A stretch of 64,000 nucleotides of DNA. It comes from Parcubacteria group bacterium. Its GTDB lineage: Bacteria; Patescibacteriota; Minisyncoccia; Moranbacterales; GCA-2747515. Within the stretch, counting starts at the first letter, position 1. Each line of letters starts with the position of its first letter. The DNA lies in the NCBI GenBank assembly GCA_041660065.1, contig JBAZXC010000004.1:10098-74097 (forward strand), read 5' to 3'. Made by a program: the position numbers and the translations under genes. Positions 51,508 to 61,127 of this stretch are shown piece by piece. The notes under the pieces are model-generated. The model saw only the letters and a program-made list of their open reading frames with translations, was not told the origin of the DNA and did not search any database.

Positions 51508-52302
51508 ATGATGAATGACTTGCGATTTGCATTGTATGCGATCAAAAAAAATATTGCGAATAGTACGGAGTTGCGCACAAGTTTTGCGCTCACCGTTTTG
51601 GGTATGGCGATCAATAACGTGTCATTTCTCGTAATTTGGATTTTCTTCATACAGTCTGTGGGAGAGATCAACGGATGGCGTGCAATTGATATCCTCGCTC
51701 TGGATGGCTTTGTGGCACTGTCATATGGGATCACATTTTCGATCTTTGTCGGCATCAAATTATTACCACAATATGTCGCAGACGGTGTCTTTGACCGCTT
51801 CTTGCTCTCGCCAAAAAATGTACTTCTGCGTGTGGCAACATCGGCATTTCACGCCTCAGCCGTGGGTGATTTTGTATTTGGCGTGGCGTGCTTTGGTATC
51901 TATGCATGGGTTGTGGATATACATATCACACAATTGATGATCCTATTTCTCTTGACGATCAATGCGACGGTGATGTTTTTTGTCGTGAGTGTTTTGATCT
52001 ATTCTGCGAGTTTTTATTTTACTGATGCGTATTCTGTGACATATAGTCTCTTTGACCTCTTCATGACGCCGACACTTTTTCATGGAGGGTTATTTCATGG
52101 GACGATGCGTTTTATCTTTACATTCCTTATCCCGTCACTCGTGATCGGAGCATTGCCGACAGAAATTCTCGCATCCGTGTCAGTCGTACACATGCTTGTA
52201 TTGATGGGTATTACGGCTGTATGGTTTGCGGGAGCGATGTGGTTTTTTCGCCACTCGATCAAACGGTATGAAAGTGCCAATTTCATGACATTTGGGAGGT
52301 AA
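51508..52302 (+). CDS. ABC-2 family permease
   Basis: INGWRA, GVFDRFLLSPKN, IKRYES; multi-TM. Confidence 0.88.
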   Translation: MMNDLRFALYAIKKNIANSTELRTSFALTVLGMAINNVSFLVIWIFFIQSVGEINGWRAIDILALDGFVALSYGITFSIFVGIKLLPQYVADGVFDRFLLSPKNVLLRVATSAFHASAVGDFVFGVACFGIYAWVVDIHITQLMILFLLTINATVMFFVVSVLIYSASFYFTDAYSVTYSLFDLFMTPTLFHGGLFHGTMRFIFTFLIPSLVIGALPTEILASVSVVHMLVLMGITAVWFAGAMWFFRHSIKRYESANFMTFGR

Positions 52303-52342
52303 AAAGACAATTTTTCATTATTGTGCTACTATAGTCGGTATT

Positions 52343-52507
52343 ATGAATATGCAAGATGACAAAGAAAAAAAGGAACAGGACCATCCTGATCATGATGAAT
52401 TTGGTGAGAGCATAAATGATTTGCGACCAGAAGAGGAAAAGCCCACGTATGCCGAGGGTGATGCAAAATCCAAAGAGCTCGTCAAAAAGATCACACGCAC
52501 AAGTTAG
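52343..52507 (+). CDS. small acidic hypothetical protein
   Basis: MNMQDDKEKKEQDHPDHDEF...; TACTAT-like -10 upstream. Confidence 0.45.
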   Translation: MNMQDDKEKKEQDHPDHDEFGESINDLRPEEEKPTYAEGDAKSKELVKKITRTS

Positions 52508-52603
52508 AAAAATAAGTGAATATTGGCCAGCCCAAGGCTGGTCCCTGCCTACCGGCAGGCGCCTCGGGAGGAAGCGGTTAACATGAACAAATAATTAAAT
52601 ATT

Positions 52604-52695
52604 GGAGAGGTGCCAGAGTGGTCGAATGGGACTGACTCGAAATCAGTTGTCTCGTTTTAACGGGACCCAGGGTTCGAATCCCTGCCTCTCCGCCA
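52604..52695 (+). tRNA. tRNA-Ser(CGA)
   Basis: GGAGAGG/CCTCTCC acceptor stem, anticodon loop CTCGAAA, long variable arm, encoded CCA. Confidence 0.93.
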
Positions 52696-52741
52696 ACAAG
52701 AAATCTTATTATCATGCAAATGATAGTGGGATTTTTTGATT

Positions 52742-52862
52742 GGAGAAGGGAGGGATTCGAACATGGAAAGGGGTCGGGAAAACGATAGTTTCCCCGTGGT
52801 GGAAGTATTGAAACCGCAAGGTGTCAAAGAGCGAAGCGACGTGAGATTCCCTGCCTCTCCGC
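52742..52862. repeat. tRNA-associated element bounded by inverted and direct copies of the tRNA 3' end
   Basis: GGAGAAGGGAGGGATTCGAAC (inverted T-arm/acceptor) ... TCCCTGCCTCTCCGC (direct copy of 52679-52693). Confidence 0.75.
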
Positions 52863-53055
52863 AAATAATCTCTTATTTTTTATAATGCGAAATTTTCTGA
52901 GTGGAGTAGAGTGATTCGATCTGACGATGCTATAAGTGAAGTTTGTAAAATTGTAACTCGAAAAAATTGAAATAAAAATAAAAAACTCCCGAGATTCTCG
53001 GGAGGTTTATTTGTTTAATCTCCAGTCACTGTTTGATGACAATAATTATTGATTA

Positions 53056-54132
53056 TTATTCCAATGGAAGCATTTTTAGTGTCTGCAAAGATTTGCTTTT
53101 GGAAACGATACCAAGTTTTTTGAGAAACAGCATCAAGATTGAGCTTGTTAGAAAAATAAGAACAACTGGCGTTCGAACTGCTGCAAGCAAATCCCAAATG
53201 GCACTAAGAGTTCCTGATTTGCCATAGAAAGGCCAGCCGATGATGATGCACATTGCCATGAACATCCCTGCGATTTTACTGTTTTTCTCACTAAATCCGA
53301 TTTTTTCGGATATAAAATTAAGTCCAGAAACACCCGAATCAATTGAACTTACGGCAAGTGAAATCATTAGAATAAGAAACATGATTCCAAGATAGAGATT
53401 ATCGTTGAAATAAAATGCGACAATCATAACAAAAAACATGTAAATTGCAAACCATGCACATGCCCACATTCCAGTAGGAATCATTCTTTCTTCTTTGATT
53501 GCTGAGAGTTTTTGATGGTGGTGAGCGTGGGTGAGTGAGCCAATGATGATGCCTGAGAAATTGAATAGCGCAATCATCTTCCAGTCAACGCCTTTTGATA
53601 GGACGATATTATTCATAGTGCCGTCATTTGTTACAAATGCAGTTATTGCCATTGCAATGATAGCTGTTATCTGACCTATATAGGCTCCAATATCAGTTAT
53701 CATTAGAAATCGAAGTCCTCCAAATTTTACATAGAAAATTGTAATAGATGCAAATGCTACAATCAGCCATGTTGCTGTTTCTTTACTCACAAAGACATAT
53801 GTGGCAAATTTTTCATGACCTCCGGTAAGTGCTACCATCAATCCTTTCATATTTATGTTGATGGTGAGAAATGCTAGGAATGTAAAAAGTAGTAGCATCG
53901 GAATATAGTTCCCCCAGTTTTTACTGGAAGGAACATGTCGTCGAATAAATGCGGTGAGTGGGATAGCCAGACAATTGCCCACAATCCATGCAATTGCAGG
54001 AAGAAATCCTTCTGCATACATTTTGGACATTCCAACCACAATGGAAAAGCCCCAAGACCAATCAGCTGCCAGAGACATTCCTACACGCCAATTAGGAAAA
54101 TTTTCGATGTCATCAATATTCACGTTTCTCAT
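53056..54132 (-). CDS. short sodium:solute symporter-like membrane protein
   Basis: Multi-TM; GMSLAADWSWG, FGGLRFLMITD and SSIDSG resemble SSS-family motifs. Confidence 0.55.
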   Translation of the reverse strand: MRNVNIDDIENFPNWRVGMSLAADWSWGFSIVVGMSKMYAEGFLPAIAWIVGNCLAIPLTAFIRRHVPSSKNWGNYIPMLLLFTFLAFLTININMKGLMVALTGGHEKFATYVFVSKETATWLIVAFASITIFYVKFGGLRFLMITDIGAYIGQITAIIAMAITAFVTNDGTMNNIVLSKGVDWKMIALFNFSGIIIGSLTHAHHHQKLSAIKEERMIPTGMWACAWFAIYMFFVMIVAFYFNDNLYLGIMFLILMISLAVSSIDSGVSGLNFISEKIGFSEKNSKIAGMFMAMCIIIGWPFYGKSGTLSAIWDLLAAVRTPVVLIFLTSSILMLFLKKLGIVSKSKSLQTLKMLPLE

Positions 54133-54407
54133 GATTCACTCCTTATCTTCTGAGGTTGGTTCAAATTTTAAAAGTACACTAAAATAAAATTAATGATCTC
54201 TATGCAAAGATCAGTTCAATATTGCATATTTTTGATAAATTGTCAAGAGAATAAGTTGTTGTGGATGTTGACAAAGTTTATTTATTATGATATTAATTAA
54301 CATTCGAGTTCCTTAACAAAAAGAGCTTGAGTTTTGATGGGGGAGGCACATTTCTATTCAGTGGATTTAAAAACTATTGAGCGCATAAAGTGAAGGAGGT
54401 TGATTTC

Positions 54408-55748
54408 ATGAAAACATGTTTAGATTTTAAGAGAGCGTTGGTGGAGAGTGGCCTGATGGATTTTGCAGAGGAAACATCCTTGGCAGTTTGGTTGGGTGAC
54501 GGCATGAAGATGCTTCGAATTTTGGAGAGAAAGATTATAGAGCTTTTTGAACTGCAGGGTTATGAAGAGGGACGTTTCCCGCTCTTAGCTCACAGAAGTC
54601 ATTTCAACAAGCTTTGTATGGAAATTTGCAATTTTGATGGAGGTGTTTTTTGCATTGAAGGAAAAAGTGACTTACTTCTGCGACCCTCTGGTGAAATTGT
54701 GTTTTATCCTCTTTTTGCAAAGTGGTCAAAAAAAAGAGGTCTTCCTCTAAGGTTTTTTTCCATTGGACAAATGTTTCGTCAAGGATCTGCTCAAAAGATA
54801 TTTCGTCAGTGTGAGAATGATATGTTTGTAGAAGGACATGCCTCATTTAAAAATGCAGGAGAGGCGCATATTGAAGTAGATCGTCTTAATGATATTTTGA
54901 GGAGTTGGTTTTCCATTCTTTCACTTCCAGTCTTGATCGTGGACCGTCCAGGTGAAACAAATAAGCCTGTGGCAGAAAGGCACATTGGTTTTGATGGCAT
55001 TTTGCCAACGGGGGAGACCATTCTTCTTGGCGCCTCGTATTATCAAGGACAAATTTTTTCTCGTGTCTTTAATATTAAAAATCGAGACACTGCAGATTTT
55101 GCATATCAGGCGGAAGCAGGATTTTCATCCAGAGCGATCCTAGCATCTCTATGGGTGCATGCGGACAAAAAAGGATTGGTATTGCCGAGTAGTTTTGCTC
55201 CTATTCAAGTGGCAATCATTCCTAGCAGTAAAGATGCTGGCATGCTTTTGCAGGCAGAGAAAATAAAAAAAGATCTCAATGTGGCTGGAATTCGAGTAAG
55301 GATTCAAATCCCAGAACGAAATAAAAGAGTCTTTTATCAGAATTTGGAGATATCCGGCTATCCGGTAGTAATTCGATTGAATGAAACAGACACTTGTCAA
55401 GTTTACTATCGTTTTGATGATCGATGTGATAGTGATCCAAAAAATCTTTTATTGGAAGTGAGTGAATACTTGAAAAATTTGGACGGCAGAATTCTGAGAA
55501 AAGCAGTGGATGCTCATATTTCCAAGATGATTTTTGTTTGCGAAGATGCAAGAATAATCATTGATGTCCTTAATAGTCAAAAAGTAGCTCAGATATTCCT
55601 CTGTAGTGAATCTACCTGTTTGCATGGAGTTAAAACCAGCGTTGGTCGAGGTGAGATGATTGGTTGGGATTATTCTAGTCAAGAGCGGGGTGCGTGTATT
55701 CAATGCGGAAAGGAAGGTAGACGTGCATATTATGCTAGAAGAATCTAG
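54408..55748 (+). CDS. divergent archaeal/eukaryote-type prolyl-tRNA synthetase-like protein
   Basis: LLRPSGE, LPLR, EGH, GLVLPSSFAPIQVAIIP, C-terminal CIQCGK; AAGGAGGT RBS. Confidence 0.7.
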   Translation: MKTCLDFKRALVESGLMDFAEETSLAVWLGDGMKMLRILERKIIELFELQGYEEGRFPLLAHRSHFNKLCMEICNFDGGVFCIEGKSDLLLRPSGEIVFYPLFAKWSKKRGLPLRFFSIGQMFRQGSAQKIFRQCENDMFVEGHASFKNAGEAHIEVDRLNDILRSWFSILSLPVLIVDRPGETNKPVAERHIGFDGILPTGETILLGASYYQGQIFSRVFNIKNRDTADFAYQAEAGFSSRAILASLWVHADKKGLVLPSSFAPIQVAIIPSSKDAGMLLQAEKIKKDLNVAGIRVRIQIPERNKRVFYQNLEISGYPVVIRLNETDTCQVYYRFDDRCDSDPKNLLLEVSEYLKNLDGRILRKAVDAHISKMIFVCEDARIIIDVLNSQKVAQIFLCSESTCLHGVKTSVGRGEMIGWDYSSQERGACIQCGKEGRRAYYARRI

Positions 55749-55932
55749 ATAATAGAAATTGTTTAAATCAAAAAGCCGAGGATGAATTTCATCTGAGGCT
55801 TTTAAATTTTTTATGATGTTCTTTCGATATCCATTTTTGTTAGATATTAAGATGTTTTTTATGAAAGTCCTTCATAGTGAAAAATATTGTAGGAAAATTT
55901 CATCGTTGTTTTTGCAGGTTTTATTAATTATT

Positions 55933-56034
55933 CATCAAAAACGTTCCAATATTGTCCCACACTCCCCGCCCTGTACCGTACGGTACAGGGCTGTTTTTGT
56001 ATAGTGGGGTATGGACGTGGAACTTTTTGTGATA
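55933..56034. repeat. cassette-boundary palindrome R1
   Basis: CATCAAAAACGTTCCAATATTGTCCCACACTCCCCGCC-hairpin-GGGGTATGGACGTGGAACTTTTTGTGATA. Confidence 0.85.
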
Positions 56035-56059
56035 TTCTTATTATGAAATTTAAAAATAT

Positions 56060-56854
56060 ATGATTATTGATACGCACGTACATATCTCACTTTTTGAGAA
56101 TAATGCAAAAAATTTAAAAGAAGCATTTGAAATTCTTTTAAATGATATGCAAAAATACAATATTGAACGAGCGATCATTGTTCCAGATAATATTGAAAAC
56201 AGTGATCAAATAGCAGATTTGGAAAAAGCGATTGAATTGATTGGAGACAAAAAGAATTTCTATTTTCTTGGCAGTCCGCAGATTATTCAACGTGGATCAA
56301 GTGAGTTAGAAAAATATCAAAAATTGATAAAAGAGAAAAAAATCGTTGGTCTCAAATTTTTTCCAGGTCATGATCCATATTATCCGACAGATGAAAGATG
56401 TGTGCCGTATTACAAATTATGCCAAGATCTTGAGGTGCCTGTGCTGTTTCACACTGGCGAAAATACAGGAAACAGTGAATGCGCACAGTGGAATGATCCA
56501 AAATATATTGTGGAGATCACAAAGGAATTTCCACGATTGAAAGTCATTATCACGCATTATTTTTGGCCACGAATGGACTATTGTTATGAATTGACCAAAA
56601 ACGTTCCAAATATCTATTTTGAAACTGCGGCTATGGCTGATGAGGAAGTTGTGGAAAAAAGTGGTGGCATTGGAAAAGTGAGAGAAATATTACATAAAAC
56701 TATCGTGGATAGACCTGCTAAGGTTATTTTTGGCACAGATTGGCCAATGTGCAAGATTGAAGAACATATCAATTTGATAAGATCACTGGGTCTTGAAAAG
56801 GAAATTGAGGAGAAGATATTTAGCAGTAATGCAGTCAAGATTTACAATATTTGA
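56060..56854 (+). CDS. amidohydrolase_2 family protein
   Basis: IIDTHVH, GLKFFP, LFHTG, IITHY and IFGTDWP motifs. Confidence 0.9.
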   Translation: MIIDTHVHISLFENNAKNLKEAFEILLNDMQKYNIERAIIVPDNIENSDQIADLEKAIELIGDKKNFYFLGSPQIIQRGSSELEKYQKLIKEKKIVGLKFFPGHDPYYPTDERCVPYYKLCQDLEVPVLFHTGENTGNSECAQWNDPKYIVEITKEFPRLKVIITHYFWPRMDYCYELTKNVPNIYFETAAMADEEVVEKSGGIGKVREILHKTIVDRPAKVIFGTDWPMCKIEEHINLIRSLGLEKEIEEKIFSSNAVKIYNI

Positions 56855-56862
56855 TAATTTCT

Positions 56863-56964
56863 CATCAAAAACGTTCCAACATCGTCCCACACTCCCCGCC
56901 CTGTACCGTACGGTACAGGGCTGTTTTTGAATAAGGAGGTAGGGATGTGGAACTTTTTGTGATA
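56863..56964. repeat. cassette-boundary palindrome R2
   Basis: Near-identical to R1, including the inner palindrome GCCCTGTACCGTACGGTACAGGGC. Confidence 0.85.
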
Positions 56965-57082
56965 TGATAATCGTATAAATTGAAATCATTTATCTAGGAC
57001 CGTCCTAGTTATATATTTCGAGGTTTTTATTCCCTGTAGAGCGTGTATTGACACAAATACGCTCTACAGGTAAGATAGCAAT

Positions 57083-58054
57083 ATGAAAGCAACATTATCT
57101 AATTCCGATTATTTACGTAATTTTGACCGCTTTATCAGCAGTTTAGATTTTTCTGATCCTGATAATCTTCGTATTTATTCTCATCCAAAGTGGATCAATG
57201 TGCATCCTGCTGTTTTAGCTTTAATTGTAGAAATGGCGATGCGGGCAGGTAAGCAGAATGTTACGTTTGAAAATATTACAGCAACTTCCGGTTCGTATCT
57301 TGATCGTATGGGGCTTTTTGAATTCACACATCAAAAGTCACCATATACTATTAACAAGAAAGAAGAATCGGGAAGATTTATACCCGTCACGATTATCAAA
57401 AATTCTACCGAGCAGTCAAAATTTATTACTGACATGATTCCTCTTTTGCATTTACCTGCTGATAAAACGGATGCTATTAAATATACGATTGGGGAACTGC
57501 TTCGTAATGTATTGGAACACTCAGGAAGTACGCATGGAGCGATTGTTGCGGCTCAATACTATAAAAAATCAAACACAATTCGTATTGGTATTTGTGATGG
57601 CGGTATTGGTATTAAAAAGAGTCTGCAACACTATTGGGCTTCTCGGTCAAAGACAGATATAGCTGCAATCAAATGGGCAATGGTACCCGGTATTTCGGGG
57701 ACAACACGAAAAGAAGGCGGAACAGAAGATAATGCTGGTGCCGGATTATTTTTCATTAAATCTATCGCGCAAGTAGCACGTAACTATTTCATGATTTACA
57801 GTGGATCCGGTATTTATAAACTACTACTTCACGATAAGAGAATAGAGAAACCACGGCTCCATTCCGATCCGGATGACGATCGTCATTCTGAACGCGACGA
57901 CGCCCCTTATTTTCAAGGGACATTGGTGGCAATAGATTTATCCCTTGAAAATAAATCTGAATTTACCCAGCTTCTCTCTGCGATACGAGAAGTTTATGGC
58001 AAGGCGGTTAGGGATCGTAAGCGAAAGAAATATAAAGAACCAAAATTTATATGA
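57083..58054 (+). CDS. GHKL/HATPase-domain protein with STAS-like N-terminus
   Basis: ELLRNVLEHS, ICDGGIGI and NAGAGLF motifs; no HisKA domain. Confidence 0.8.
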   Translation: MKATLSNSDYLRNFDRFISSLDFSDPDNLRIYSHPKWINVHPAVLALIVEMAMRAGKQNVTFENITATSGSYLDRMGLFEFTHQKSPYTINKKEESGRFIPVTIIKNSTEQSKFITDMIPLLHLPADKTDAIKYTIGELLRNVLEHSGSTHGAIVAAQYYKKSNTIRIGICDGGIGIKKSLQHYWASRSKTDIAAIKWAMVPGISGTTRKEGGTEDNAGAGLFFIKSIAQVARNYFMIYSGSGIYKLLLHDKRIEKPRLHSDPDDDRHSERDDAPYFQGTLVAIDLSLENKSEFTQLLSAIREVYGKAVRDRKRKKYKEPKFI

Positions 58055-58365
58055 GTAAAATAATTAAGATTAAGGATCTTGTCGGTGATTTTGCAGAAAA
58101 TAAAGACGTGGCAAAAGATTTACGTGTCACCGATATTATGCCGACCTTGGCAGATGGTCAGGAGGTCATATTGGATTTTTCTGGAGTTAGCGGTACAACT
58201 CAATCATTTATTCACGCCTTGATCTCTGAACCAATTCGGCGGTTTCGTGATGTAGCTTTGGAAAAGATACACTACAAAAATTGTTCTGATGTTGTAAAAG
58301 AAGTTATTAAAACGGTGTCTGAATATATGCAGGAAAGTCTTGATTCGGAAAATTATGAAAAATAA
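58051..58365 (+). CDS. STAS-like DUF4325 protein
   Basis: VILDFSGVSGTTQSFIHAL; ATGA overlap with the upstream gene. Confidence 0.8.
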   Translation: MSKIIKIKDLVGDFAENKDVAKDLRVTDIMPTLADGQEVILDFSGVSGTTQSFIHALISEPIRRFRDVALEKIHYKNCSDVVKEVIKTVSEYMQESLDSENYEK

Positions 58366-58448
58366 TAACGATAGATGCAATTTAGTTGTAGAAAATCCGC
58401 AAAGCACTGTGGATGCTGAATAATTGGGGTCAGGCACCTTTTATCCAG

Positions 58449-58497
58449 GGGCTGTTTTTGTATAGAGAGGTAGGGACGTGTGGAACTTTTTATGATA
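58449..58497. repeat. cassette-boundary repeat R3 (right arm only)
   Basis: GGGCTGTTTTTGTATAGAGAGGTAGGGACGTGTGGAACTTTTTATGATA. Confidence 0.75.
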
Positions 58498-58524
58498 TGC
58501 TGAAAGCATATTTTATATAAATTT

Positions 58525-59196
58525 ATGTCAGCAAATATCATAAAACACTTTATTGAAACAAGAGATTTTAATTACGGATCAGTGAAAGAAAAGCTCAATG
58601 AAATCATGGATGAGCATACAAAAAAGGCGTGTGTAATGTTAAATATCAACCTTGTTAATATCATTATATGGCCAAATAGTGATGCAGTGATACCGGAAAC
58701 AGGCGAAGGTGGCCAAGTATGGTCAAAAGAACTTGTTATGATTTATATTGATCCAAGTCGTTCTGTCGCAGAACTTCAAAAGATCATTGAAACACAAATT
58801 CCAGCAACAATCTATCACGAATTAAATCATATTGCTAGGGGAAATTTTTTAAGCAAAGAAGAACTTGGTTTCCATCATAATTTATCAAAAGCAGTAATCT
58901 CAGAGGGTATCGCGTCCTATTTTGCACATGAAAAATGGTCGCAAGCTCAAATGCCATGGACAAAATACTCGGAAACAGAAATACAAGATCTTTTGAGCAT
59001 TTATTTAAGCAGAGATATTTCTGATGATGACCAATATGACCATGAAAAATGGTTTTATGGCACGGGTGATCTCCCACGATGGATCGGCTATAAATTGGGA
59101 TATTATTTCGTTGAACGTTATAAGAAACAAAATCCAAATGTTTCATGGAGCGATATTATAAAACTAAAAGATCATGAGTTCATGAAAACTGTGTAA
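58525..59196 (+). CDS. DUF2268 predicted Zn-dependent protease
   Basis: YHELNHIAR, ISEGIA and LPRWIGYKLGY motifs. Confidence 0.85.
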   Translation: MSANIIKHFIETRDFNYGSVKEKLNEIMDEHTKKACVMLNINLVNIIIWPNSDAVIPETGEGGQVWSKELVMIYIDPSRSVAELQKIIETQIPATIYHELNHIARGNFLSKEELGFHHNLSKAVISEGIASYFAHEKWSQAQMPWTKYSETEIQDLLSIYLSRDISDDDQYDHEKWFYGTGDLPRWIGYKLGYYFVERYKKQNPNVSWSDIIKLKDHEFMKTV

Positions 59197-59208
59197 ATCA
59201 TATTTTTT

Positions 59209-59278
59209 CATCAAAAAAGTTCCAACGTCGTCCCACTCCTTGTAAAGGAAATCACGCAATTTACTGCGTGGTTTTTTT
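59209..59278. repeat. cassette-boundary repeat R4 (left arm plus hairpin)
   Basis: CATCAAAAAAGTTCCAACGTCGTCCCACTCC, then ATCACGCA...TGCGTGGTTTTTTT. Confidence 0.75.
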
Positions 59279-59515
59279 AATTTAATTCTAATCTTGATTG
59301 CAGGTGACAATTCGCAAAAAGCCAAGTATGGTAGAAAATGGGATTTTCTGCCTAAAGTTGCGAAAACTTACTGAACGGGAGTATACTGTAAATAATTCGT
59401 AAACTTTATAATATGTCGAATATAAAAATAAATCATGGAAGAAAATTATCTAAATTGAAAGATGAAAATATGTGGAGTATAAAATTTTGAATTTATCATA
59501 ATTAATGAATCGCAT

Positions 59516-59926
59516 ATGAAACAGTATAGTATTTTTATAAGTCATTCATGGGCTTATGGCGAAAACTATAATAGGCTCATCAAAATGCTTAATAATGATC
59601 CCTATTTTCATTTTAAAGATTATTCTGTTCCAAAGCATGATCCCATTCATAATGCTCCAAATCAACTTCTTTTAAAGCAAGCGATTGCAAATCAAATAAG
59701 ATTTTGTGATGTCGTAATAATATTAGCGGGTGTTTATTCAACATATAGCAAGTGGATCAATATTGAAATTGACATTGCTAAGAATGGCTTTCAATATCCA
59801 AAATCTATTCTTGCAATTGAGCCTTGGGCTAGTGAAAAAACATCACAAATTGTCAAGAAAAATGCCGATAAAATAGTTAGGTGGCAAACATGTTCAATTG
59901 TTGATGCAATAAAAGGATTAGCCTAA
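59516..59926 (+). CDS. TIR-like protein (Thoeris ThsB/DUF1863 type)
   Basis: IFISHSW, FKDYSV, VVIILAG...SKWINIEI. Confidence 0.85.
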   Translation: MKQYSIFISHSWAYGENYNRLIKMLNNDPYFHFKDYSVPKHDPIHNAPNQLLLKQAIANQIRFCDVVIILAGVYSTYSKWINIEIDIAKNGFQYPKSILAIEPWASEKTSQIVKKNADKIVRWQTCSIVDAIKGLA

Positions 59927-59938
59927 ATCATAATCTTT

Positions 59939-60466
59939 ATGGATATTAAAAAATTGGAAGAAAAACTATTTGTTTCGAAGAATGAAAATTATGGAGATAA
60001 ATATATAGAACACTTATTGGAACAATATAAGGTTTATATTGACTCTGCAGAAAAAATAAGTGATCGTAGACAAAAATCAAATGAATTTTTTCTTGCTTTA
60101 AATAGTAGCTTGGTTGCATTATTGGGATATATACTTGCGAAAAATAGTGATTCAGAAATAGTAAGCTTGTTCATTCTATCTTCTATTTCAGGGATCGTAT
60201 TATGTTATTTTTGGTATAGAATTATTTATTCTTATAAATGTTTAAATAGTGGAAAATTCAAAGTTATTCACATGATTGAAAGACGATTACCACTAGCGCT
60301 TTATGACACAGAATGGGAAATATTGGAAAGAGGAAAAAACAAGAAAGTTTACTGGCCGTTCTCGCATATTGAGCTCATGGTCCCTTGGATATTTATTATT
60401 ATTTATATAACCATTTTATTTCTCAACCTATGTCCAAAAATAGGAGCGTTGATATGTGCAATGTAA
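59939..60466 (+). CDS. membrane effector-like protein
   Basis: LLEQYKVY..SAEKISDRRQKSNEFF, TM hairpin, LNSGKFKVIHMIERRLP, C-terminal TM. Confidence 0.7.
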   Translation: MDIKKLEEKLFVSKNENYGDKYIEHLLEQYKVYIDSAEKISDRRQKSNEFFLALNSSLVALLGYILAKNSDSEIVSLFILSSISGIVLCYFWYRIIYSYKCLNSGKFKVIHMIERRLPLALYDTEWEILERGKNKKVYWPFSHIELMVPWIFIIIYITILFLNLCPKIGALICAM

Positions 60467-60479
60467 ATGGAGGATAAAT

Positions 60480-61001
60480 ATGAAAAAAGAAAAAAACATA
60501 GAATTAATTTATTCTGAGGTAAAAGAGAGATTAAATAGGCAGATAGATTCCATAGATCAGGTGGCAGTTAAATTTAATTTTTTACTTGCGCTTAATAGTA
60601 TAATATTGGCTTCACTCTTACAATCTAACCTTTTAGGATCTCGAAAGGAATGTATTTCATGGATGATGTTTTTTGCAGTAGTGTGCTTTTTTTTATCAAT
60701 CCTATTTGACTTGAGAGGGCTAGTTATGCAAAAGTATAGACGAGATCCTGATCCACAAAAACTTTATGAAGGATATTTCAACAAATCAAAGCAATATACT
60801 CAAGAAGTCTTAATCATTAATTACGTGCATGCTTTCAATGAAAATGTGAAAAAATTACATCATGTTAACAAATTTTTTGCTTATTCAATATTTTCTTCCT
60901 CTATTGCTTTAATATTTGTTTTTATAAATTTAATTAATCCTAATTTAATTTTCATATGGAAAATGATAATAAAGATGATGTGTCAGATATGCCAAAGTTA
61001 G
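60480..61001 (+). CDS. three-TM protein (Pycsar-effector-like topology)
   Basis: N-terminal helix, TM hairpin, soluble loop, C-terminal TM; GGAGG RBS. Confidence 0.6.
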   Translation: MKKEKNIELIYSEVKERLNRQIDSIDQVAVKFNFLLALNSIILASLLQSNLLGSRKECISWMMFFAVVCFFLSILFDLRGLVMQKYRRDPDPQKLYEGYFNKSKQYTQEVLIINYVHAFNENVKKLHHVNKFFAYSIFSSSIALIFVFINLINPNLIFIWKMIIKMMCQICQS

Positions 61002-61117
61002 AAACTGAAGATGAAACGCCAAAATTTGATCCGAAACTAGTTAGCTATGAGGAAAAGGGTTATGATCCACATAGTAAAAATGTAAAGAATTTTTCGAAAA
61101 AGGACGACAGTGAATAG
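60956..61117 (+). CDS. 53-aa acidic small protein (absent from the ORF track)
   Basis: MENDNKDDVSDMPKLETEDETPKFDPKLVSYEEKGYDPHSKNVKNFSKKDDSE*; fills the gap between neighbouring genes. Confidence 0.5.
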   Translation: MENDNKDDVSDMPKLETEDETPKFDPKLVSYEEKGYDPHSKNVKNFSKKDDSE

Positions 61118-61127
61118 TTGTATATAA

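Noticed and set aside
52846-52862. Third tRNA gene
   Set aside because: Only the 3' ~15 nt match. There is no D-arm, anticodon arm or matching 5' acceptor strand.
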